52,044 nucleotides of DNA, from NCBI GenBank assembly GCA_001724265.1, contig MEDY01000307.1, positions 1 through 52,044 on the forward strand, given 5' to 3'. This DNA comes from Rhizaria sp. SCN 62-66 (Eukaryota). This document shows positions 43,301 through 52,044 of the stretch, one piece after another. The notes beneath the pieces are model-generated. The model saw only the letters and a program-made list of their open reading frames with translations, was not told the origin of the DNA and searched no databases. Position 1 is the first letter of the stretch; every line of letters starts with the position of its first letter. A program made the position numbers and the translations under genes.

Positions 43301-45034
43301 CACGCGCAGATCCGCAGCGGGCAAACAACGCGCTCGGAGCAGCTGCAGGGAGCTTGGCGCCGCTGCCGCCGCATCGCGCGCGCGCGCGTGGGCGCCTCCG
43401 AGGGCGGTTTGGCTGCGGGTCTCACTGGCGATCTCGGCGACCCAAGCCACAGTGACGACGCGTCGGGGGCCTCGGACATCGACGCTGCTGCTCGCTCTGC
43501 GGCGGTCCCATCGAGACCCGCGAGCGCGACTGCTGCGCTGGCCATGGCGTCGGCGTCGATCACCGGCGCAGTGCGGCACATGCAGCGGACGCCCTCTGCG
43601 GCGGCACGCGGCGGCGCCGTTGCCAAGGAGCGTCCGGGAAGTAACCATGGCAAGTCGCGGTGGCGCAGCGCGTACGCGCAGGCACAACAGCGCGAACTCG
43701 ACCGCGAGGAGCAACTCCACGTCGAGCTGGCGGCCGCCGCGGCCGACACGGCCGCTGCGGGCGGCGGCGCTGACACACTCGCCCGCGGCGTCATCACTGC
43801 GGCCGCTGCGGCTGCTGCGGCGTCCGTCGAGGCCGTAGCCGCGGCTGACGGTGTTGCTCCGCGGTTTGGCGTCACTGTCCCGCTGTCTGCGGCGCGCGCC
43901 GGCGCGCAATGGGCGCACGCGTCGGCCGTTAGCGTAGGCAGCGGCGATGACGGCAGCGGCGCAAGCCCGCTGCGGTGGCGCACCGTAGGTCTGCGCGTCA
44001 CGCACGGCACGACGCCGCTTGCGGACCGGCCGCAGTCCCGCCCGCAATCACGGCCGGGCTCACGCTCCGCGGCGCCTCTTGCAGCTGACGCGTATGCTCA
44101 TGCTGGTGTGAACGCGGGCCTAGTCACGGCTGACAACGTGAATATTGTCCCTAAGTTCACCTTCTTTGCCTCCCATGAAACACTGCGCGCCGCATCTGCC
44201 GCTGCTGCTGCCGCGCGCGGAAGCGCTAAGCCCGTTGCTGCGCCCGCACCCGAGCCCACGCCCGTGGCCGCAGGCGGGAAGCTGACTGGGCGTGCGGCGA
44301 CGTCGATGCTTTCTGCGCGTGCGCTGCAGAAGACGCTGAAGACTGGCGACGAGTTCGCGCTCGAGGAGTACTATGAGACCGTGAAGCAGCACTTGGACGC
44401 ATCCGAGGCTGAGATGTATTACCCCACAGTTGCCGCACAATTGCCCGCACAGACGTCTGCCGCCTCTGGGTCAACGCCAGTGGCGTCGTCGCCAAGCGTC
44501 ACTACACAACAGCAGCAGCAACTACAACAACAGGTGGCGAAGGTCTCACCCGCCCTGCTCTCTGTCACACCAGGCCGCAGTTTGTCCGACAACAACAGCG
44601 CGCCTTCGTCCTCAACCCCCACAGCCGCTGGTCTCTCCCCGATCACCACGACCAGCGACGTGGCGGCGCGTGTCGCTGCTTTCCGCGCCTCCCGCGGGCT
44701 CGCCCCGACGGTCGCCACCTCCGCTGCGGCGCGCGCGGCCGATGGCGAACGGTCCGGCAGCGCGGCGGAGACCGCTGCGTCAGTGATGGCGGCTGTGGCG
44801 ACCGTGGGCAACGACCGGAAGCGGCTGGACCCGCGGCGCGCAGTGCCCGTGTCAGTGCACGAGCACCTGCGACAACTGCATACGAAGGACATGGCGGTGC
44901 AGGGCGACGCGGGCAAAGCACGGAAACTGGCGGTGACGCAGTTCCACAGTTTGGAACAGAGGCTTGCGTGGATGCTCAAGGATAGCGAAGACAGCGGCAC
45001 TGCCACGCTTGCGCCAGCCGTCTCACGCTCATAA
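36662..45034 (+). CDS. 2790-aa Ala-rich low-complexity protein of unknown function, possible degenerate EF-hand pair
   Basis: 8.4-kb uninterrupted ORF from ATG to TAA. LSPPELAEARAVYSLL...LDVARLQRDL and LMTFAEFLTVF resemble EF-hand helices (weak). Confidence 0.75.
37310..37363 (+). repeat. Perfect (GCG)18 microsatellite encoding poly-Ala
   Basis: Uninterrupted GCG run in frame within the 36662 ORF; with two preceding GCA codons it encodes about 20 Ala. Confidence 0.92.
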
Positions 45035-45203
45035 AGGTTATATGGTTCCAATTTCGCAATCACTCGTCTTTAATGCTCTATATTTTGTTATATAAACCAA
45101 AAGTGTTATTTTAATTCACAATACACGTGTATTTTCATTGTTGTCACAGTTTCATTGTTTTTAAAAGTAAATAGTATCATTAATAAACTGCTTGAGCATC
45201 AAC

Positions 45204-48200
45204 TCATGCTGGATGTGCTGCGTTGTTGTGTTGTATCACTGTGAGGCATCTGTTCGGATACGGTTCGTCCTCTGACTCAACGCTCACTTCACTTGTAACG
45301 CTGCGGCGACTTAGTTGCCGCTGAATAGACTTGAAAGGGACTTGTGCACTCCTCTGCACTTGTGTAACGTCATGATACACGTCAGCCTCTGTCGTTTCGT
45401 CGAGAACGTGATCCTCGCTGACATTATCATCATTCTCGAGACCAAGCATATGTTCACGCGCATTCTCATAGTATGCATCGTCAAACCAAAACTCGCGCAG
45501 CAGACGCTCTTTTTCAGCATCATCCACAGTTTCGCCATCGTTATCGTCTGCATCCTCCTCATCACTGTCTTCATCATCAGAATGAATATTCTGATGAGAA
45601 ATCGGCGGTTCCAATGACTGCGTCATCACTTGTGCCCGCAAAAACGCGTGGTTTGCGGCGGGTGTGTTCAATGCAGCCGCGGAAACCGCCGCCGCAGTTG
45701 CGCGCGAAAGCAATACGCTCGCTCGGCGCTCAGTTGGTGTTGCAAACTGAGCGTCCCCCGAGATCCTTCGCACGACAGCCTCCTTGAACTGGCCGAATAT
45801 CCCACGCAGTGACGCTCCCACTTCAAGCGCTAATGGGAGACGCTGCTCAGTTGTCTCTTCGACGCTGGTGTCCGCGTCGTTCTCAAACGCTACGTCTGCC
45901 TGACGTTGCTTCAAAGCTGTAGGATGTTGATGGACAGTCATTGTCGAGAGTGAGATCCGTGTGCTACCGCTGCTAACTGAACCACATTCTTCGGACTCTC
46001 CAATGTCGGCGACGCTCTGGTTGCGCTGCTTTGTAGCGGAAATTTCAGTGTTGCCACCCAAGTATGACTGTGAGTAGCGCCGGTGCAGCATTGCAAGCGC
46101 ATCCTCTTCATCGCCCTCTGTCACCGTTGGCTCAACGTTGACTTGTTTGCCACTGTATCGACGGTTCTCAATAGTGCTCGGAGTTACAGCTTGCTTTTCG
46201 ACATTACCGCCCCGCGTAAGCTCGTCTGCAGCGGCCCGCGCAATTACGTCAACCTGACTTTGCGACAGCGACCGACGTCGGAGTCCGTTACCATGCGGCA
46301 CAGGTGTGCAGCTCCCGTTATCCACGTTGTCAGCGGTCGTTACTTGCTTTGCGTTTGGCGGCGGTGCGGCAGCAGCTCGGAGTGCAGGAAAGTAAGCTGT
46401 CTTCTCGCCGTGCTCACAGTCACTCACCATTGTTACCGCGACCGCGCCAGAAAGTCCCTTGAAGCGGTACCAGCCCATATCATCGAGCAGCACTATCTTG
46501 CACCCGCGTAAGCCATCAAGTGTGAGTAATGCAGCGGCGGTAAGTGGTGCAAGGAGAAGTGGCTTGTCGGCTGGCGGTAATGCCGCAGTCAGAACTGCAC
46601 TTGACACCAAATATTCAGGGTTATTATGTACCTCTGCCATGGCCGTGCATGGTTGCTTGACTGCGCCAATTGGCGTTTGAATGCTGGTAGGGGTTAGGAA
46701 GCCTGAGCTTGGCGAGCCTGGCTCTTCACTTGCATTAGCATCGGTGAGTCCGACATTCGTGACAGTTTGTCCAGCCGCTGTATTGACAACATTTTCTTGT
46801 GAACTTTGCTGTGCGGCGCTGTTAGGCGACTCCGGAAACGGGGCAAGGTGAACTGCGGACGTAAGAGTAAGACGCAGAGTTGTTGCCGCGGCAGATCCAA
46901 CAGGCACTGTTGCCATTCCACTTGTAGAGCAACTCGCAGGCGCAGCTGCACACTCGGTAGCAGCGATGATGTTATGATGACGCACATCGTCGGGTATTGC
47001 GTCGGGCGCTGCGTTTGTTGTGTTATTAGCGCTCATGTTTGCCACTGGCGTCATTGTCGGTGGACACGCCGCAACAAACGCGCGCCAAGCTTCGGCAACA
47101 GGTTGTGTGCACACAATCTGGCCACCATGAGCACTGTAGAAAAATGAAATTGTAGGACAAATAAAAGATGTGAGGGACAGCTGTGCGCCGCAATTTTTTT
47201 CTAGAAAACGTGTAATCTGTCCACTTTAACTGAGCAGAGAGAATGTACCTGTCCGCAACTCGCGCGGCCCTATTGACCACTGGCCCAAAGTAGTCCATGC
47301 GTCCCGTAACGGGGTTTCGGCGGCAGGACGGCTCACCACAGTGCACGCCCATGCGCACACGCAGCCCGGCAAATACGTCCTTGCTTGGATCATCCACAGA
47401 GACAATGCGCAGCGATGATGGATGAGAGTGCAATGCAGTGGGCCACGGGCACGCCAGCAGGGCGCGCTGAACATTGATGCACCAGGCAACCGCGTCATTC
47501 GGGTTAAAAAAAGCCACCATAAATGCGTCACCTTCGGTTTTGACTTCGTATCCGTTAAATATGCGCATTAGCGAGCGCATGATAGCATCGTGCGCGGTAA
47601 GTGCATCATTCATGGCATCGGGACAGCGCTCCCAAAGCTTTGTAGAGCCCTGCGAAACATATATTGTAGGAAATGGCAAAATAGGCGTTGTTTGTGAAAG
47701 TGTTCTCAATAAATCACTATAAATTGAATGCAATGGAATTTTCTATCAATAAAACGTACTTGAACGTCAGTAAACACAAGTGTCACGTGACCAGTCGGCG
47801 CTGCTTGTGTAACCGTGCTACGGTACTGCGCATAAGAACGACTTGCACTTGAGCTAGTCGGTGACGGTGTCGATCTTTGCGATAATGCATGCGTTGCGGT
47901 GTCCATTGCTCGGCGGCGTATGTCGCGTGTGATATCATTGTTCGGTGACGATTTGGCAGCTGAACTAAGCCGATCATTTTCATGTCCATGATTTGCACAA
48001 CTATTGAGGACAGTGGAAATAAAGTCTTCGCATGCGCCAGCGCTGCGAAGTCGCTCTGTAAGGCTAAGCCCAACAGCGGCTGCGTGTAGGGCGTTCATAA
48101 CGCCCCGCCCGCCAACATTAGGCTCACGACCATCCGGCAACTTCGAAGCAGAATCTTGGAAGGTCCTAAGCATTAGATTATCATCAGCTGTTTTTCTCAT

Positions 48201-50447
48201 CTCACCAGATGTGACGCAGCTCACAGCTGCTGCGTTGATAACTCGGATCCACTCGTCTCGCGAATGCGCGCAGTCTGTGCCAAATGAAATCTTGTAGTCA
48301 TCACTGCCGTTACCGCTACTTGTGCTGCCGCGGCGCCACTTCAGTCGGAATTGGCCTGTTTCGCAGGAGCTGCTTTGCGATGTAATATTAAGGCGATAGG
48401 CAAAACCACTCATCGAAGGTAGCGGGTGCCCGCCATTAATGCCAGCACTAGAGGCACCAACGCTAAGGCTGCCACGTGCTAGAGATGTCGCTGAGGTTCT
48501 TTCAAGTGTGGCAGAAACCGTGGAGATCGGAAGCGTTTGATGATTTCCTTCCGCGGCAATCTCTGCAAAAGTGGATGGAGTAACTACAAATGAGCCCTTT
48601 GCAGCTAAATCGCACATGTACAGTGTCCCATTGTTCAGAATTAGGAACTTGCGTTTCCAATTTCCGTTGGAGCTAAGTTTGTACACCCATCCGTCACAGT
48701 ACGTGTCACTGCTGTTACCGCATCTGGTCGCCGCTTCCGCAGCCTGAGGCAGCAGCGGCATTTGCGGCAACCACGGAGATACGACAGCAAGGGTAAACGC
48801 GCGGGTCCAACGTGCGCGCTCTGCCGCGGACCGCAGCGCCAGATGCAATGGGCGTGCGCGACCAGAGTGTGGAAAACACACAGTCAGTGGCCACAACCGC
48901 GGCGCAGCTGTCGATGTTGTGCTGTGGACATTGCTGTTTTTAATCGCCGCGTTAAGCAAATACGTTTGCTCATCGCATGCCCACTTACACTCCGGGCACA
49001 CTTTGACAGGCTGACCTGCGCCTCCGTTGCCGGCGCCAGAGTGTGCATTTAGATACGTGGCGCTGCCGCTTGCACTTAAGCAGCTCTCGGAGGCTGGACC
49101 AGCGTGCATGACTGGTACCGGCGCCGGTGTGGAAGTTGCAGTCTCAGTCAAGCAAGCAGAGCAGCATGCGGCGTGGCAATGCGCACATTGTCGCCGCGAC
49201 CGCAGCAGACTGAACGCAGCTAAGCATACGGCGCACTCCCGCATAGACGCAGGGTTATGCTCGCGGTCGCCGCGCGCTGGTACTGGCGGCACTGGCTGAA
49301 ACGGAATAAGCCGATCTTGATTGCTGCCATCAATGGTCATGGTTGTGCCGATTGTTGTTGAAGTGGCACTTGGGATCCAGATTGCCTCCGATGTTGATAA
49401 CAGCCTTGCTGCGCGCGCGGCATCATTGAGTGCGCGGCACAGTCCGTGACTGCACTGCGTGTGGCTAAGGGCTGGCGCTGTACTATTCAGCGTGAGAGCT
49501 GATGGTGGTACTTCAAGGACGCACGCCTCGTGGGGCAAAGCGCTCAAAGTGCGCAAGCTGTGCTCAAACGACCCAGTGTGGTCCTTTTGTGTAGAGTGTC
49601 CAAGCGCGCTTAAACTGCGGCTTTCGCCTGCGCTTATACACAGAAGTGATGCTGCAGCCACGCTCTTCTCATGAGCGTTTGCGCCGGCCTGCGCAAGCGC
49701 AACGCACGCCTGCGCCAGCGCTGTCAGCGCGCGGTCTGCCTGGGCAGACGCTGTTGTAAGTGCAAGTGATGATGGGCGCGTTTCAGGCGGAAGCAGCCGC
49801 AGCGGTCCGCCTACACTGGGCGCACGGGAGTGCTGTCGCGGCGCCGCCAAGAAACCATGAGCAGACTCAGCTGTTCCAGTGCCGTTAGCAGCGTGAGCGA
49901 GCGTGTGCATCGCATTCATGGGCATTAATGTATGGCCCTGACCCGCACCCCAGAGTAACACGTAACCTCGCCGGGCGCCCGCTGTAAGCGAGACTGTTCC
50001 TGTCACCTTCGGCTCGTACCATAGCAAAGTTGGCGCCGCAAAGCGCACGTACACAGGTCGCCAGCGCAGGCGAGACGCCGGAGTCGCTGCCACGGCAGAA
50101 GCCGTCGCGGCTACTGCATGCAACGTGACATCTTGCACGGTGTTGTGCGTGTCTTCGCTGTGGCTTGACATTTGCACGATGCCTGAGCCTGACGCGTTCG
50201 TTTGCTGTTGTGAGCTGCCGCGCCGGGACTGCAACGGCGGGTTAAACATGGGAAAAAGCGACGTATGGCGCTTGGATAGCCACCCTTCGACTATACTATC
50301 AACTTGAAAGCTAGAAGTACGACGGTGGTTAGTGCTATTTGTGGATGTGTTGGCGGTGCGATAAACAACGTTGTGCCGCGGGAGGTGTGGATTTGCGCAC
50401 GGAGCAGTAAAAGCATCCATGTCGCTCGCAAATGCGTTCTGCTCCAT
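45204..50447 (-). CDS. Soluble class III adenylyl cyclase with split PH, FYVE-like and second PH domains, about 1672 aa from ATG 50447; true 5' end uncertain
   Basis: Exons 50447-47760, 47649-47249 and 47133-45204 (introns of 110 and 115 nt) give APTGHVTLVFTDVQ|GSTKLWE...YEVKTEGDAFMVAF...GLRVRMGVH.G...RMDYFGPVVNRAARVADS AHGGQI...MGWYRFKGL. Both metal-binding Asp, the ATP-specifying Lys/Asp and the catalytic Asn/Arg are present. PH motifs EGWLSK and DGWVYK...WKRKFLIL...RDEWIRVI. TGA stop. Confidence 0.9.
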
Positions 50448-50459
50448 GTCGATCGCGGG

Positions 50460-51196
50460 CTAAGGTGCGCTGTCTTTATCAACACCTGCCACATGTGGTA
50501 TGGCAACCCCAGTAGTAGTTGCAGTCGCGCGTGCTCCGTTATCGACAGCAGCCTTTGTCTCCGTCGTCGTCACGTTACAAGCGCTAGTTTCACTAGTTTC
50601 ATTCGCAGCAGCTCCTGTGGACACAACCACGATCGGGAGCACGCGACCGCGCTTGCCTAAAGCTGTCGCAGTGTTATCTTCAGCTTCTTTAGTGACGTTA
50701 GCAGATGTGTTTTCAGATGCTAAGGGTGCTGTTGCCGAGTCTAGCGCAGTCAGCAGAAGCGCCAGCTCACGGTTCGAGTCTACTGCGACGGCGAGAGTCG
50801 CGCTGTCTGACACGCGCGGTGAGCTTACACGGGAAGAAAACGACAGTGTAGCACTAAGAACTACAAGGTTTACCGTGAGGAGTGCGAGCTGGTGATGTGC
50901 GACCGTATTGAGAGAGCGGGTGTATGTGTTTGGCAGGAAGACGAGGGAGCGGTGCGAAGTGACGATGAGGTCACAGGGCACGGAGACGTCGCGCTCGACA
51001 AGCATGCATGCCGGGGAGGAGAAATACACGGACTCTGTGCTAAGACCCAAGCCTGCGTATGCTGTGTAGCGAAAGAAAATGACAAGAGATGGGAAGATTG
51101 ACGAATGAGCGACTTGAACTCCGATGGTGCAACTTGAAGGCATAAGAAATCATCTAGAGAGCGGCGTACCAATACCATTCCGAGACTTAGGCGGCA
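50460..51196 (-). CDS. Upstream coding segment in frame with the cyclase gene but ending at TAG; either a separate small gene or the cyclase N-terminus
   Basis: Candidate exons 51196-51170 (27 nt) and 51061-50460, joined by a 108-nt gtacgc...cacag intron. Reads xPPKSRNGIAYAGLGLSTESVYFSSPACMLVERDVSVPCDLIVTSHRSLVFL..., a beta-rich stretch ending in a helix (PH-like by eye), followed by a T/A-rich linker. Confidence 0.5.
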
Positions 51197-51809
51197 CTGC
51201 AATACAGAATGCGAGAAACTGCGGATTAGTTGCACAATTAAGCGCGTCATAGACAAACGCCTGAGGGGGATTTTCGCTCATAGCGAACAAATCACAACGG
51301 CAAGTGCTCAGAGGCGAGTCTATACATTTTCAAAGGTCGGACATTCAATGAGATGAGTTAATATGGCATGCTAAGAAGTTACAAAGTTCATTTCAAGTTG
51401 TGGCTATATATTTCAAACACAAAAATATGAATAATGACGGCTATATAGGGGTGCATACTTCAAAGAAGATCGCGACGGTTTTGTTGCCCTGATGACCCTC
51501 AACAATGAATTGTGGTGAGAACGGCGTGTGCAAGAGTGAGCACGATAAAGCGCCAGATTGAGCATGTTAGCAACACGGTGATTGATTTAAGTTTTTAATT
51601 TGTATTTGGTTGAGTCTTGATTCGAAGCTACGTCTTTTGTTCTGCACTGCAGCGAATTGCTGCTTGTCCACAACGCAAGGCAAACAACAGCACCACTGTA
51701 TCTTTGAAGAGTGCGAGAGTCATACAGCGGTGATAAAGAGAAAGTTACGGTCGTCATGTGTTTAGGTCTGCTTAAACGCAGCGCCAATCACGCGAAGAAA
51801 GCAACCAAC

Positions 51810-52044
51810 TTACTCGTTGCGGGCAGCGACCTTGGCCTTCTTGGCCTTCAGGCGCTCGCGGCGGGCAGCGGCCTCGGCAAGGAGGGCGGCCTCACGGACC
51901 TTCTCGGACTTGATGAGGTGAATGTGCTCCATCAGGACCTTCTTAGACTTGAAGACGTTACCCTTGCACTTGGCGTAGAGCTCGTTGTGCATGTGGGAGT
52001 CGATCTTCTTGGAAGAGCGGTAGGACTTGAGGAAGCGGCGGAGG
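51810..52044 (-). CDS. RPL19: 60S ribosomal protein eL19, 3' part (truncated by window edge)
   Basis: [42 protein letters not shown] matches the eL19 signature LRRLL..YR...KID.H.YH.LY.K.KGN.FKNK..LME.IH. TAA stop. Confidence 0.96.
   Translation of the reverse strand, partial: LRRFLKSYRSSKKIDSHMHNELYAKCKGNVFKSKKVLMEHIHLIKSEKVREAALLAEAAARRERLKAKKAKVAARNE

Overview
Eukaryotic nuclear DNA, probably from a protist (lineage not identifiable from the sequence). It has GC-rich exons, AT-richer spacers and short GT-AG spliceosomal introns, with about 11-12 protein genes on both strands. Recognisable genes: a greatly elongated Ecdysoneless/SGT1 (ECD) homologue; a ~2330-aa type-I surface protein (10 unrecognised beta-rich repeats, TSP1, EGF, TM); a motor-less 3xWW-MyTH4-FERM protein; SerA/PHGDH; an LYRM2-like protein; a TTC9-like TPR protein; a soluble PH/FYVE/PH class III adenylyl cyclase; and the 3' end of RPL19. 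Three further large low-complexity ORFs have no clear function. I found no rRNA, tRNA, CRISPR array or intact mobile element. Main observations: (i) nine of nine genes with a clear start have a splice-acceptor-like YAG 0-49 nt upstream of the ATG, often with no matching donor, which suggests spliced-leader trans-splicing or obligatory 5'UTR introns; (ii) one in-frame TAG separates two same-frame ORFs at the cyclase locus, while none of the 11 clear gene ends uses TAG; (iii) conserved domains are split by long Ala/Ser/Thr-rich inserts; (iv) donor sites follow a very strict GTACG consensus. All domain calls are by-eye motif recognition, not database searches.
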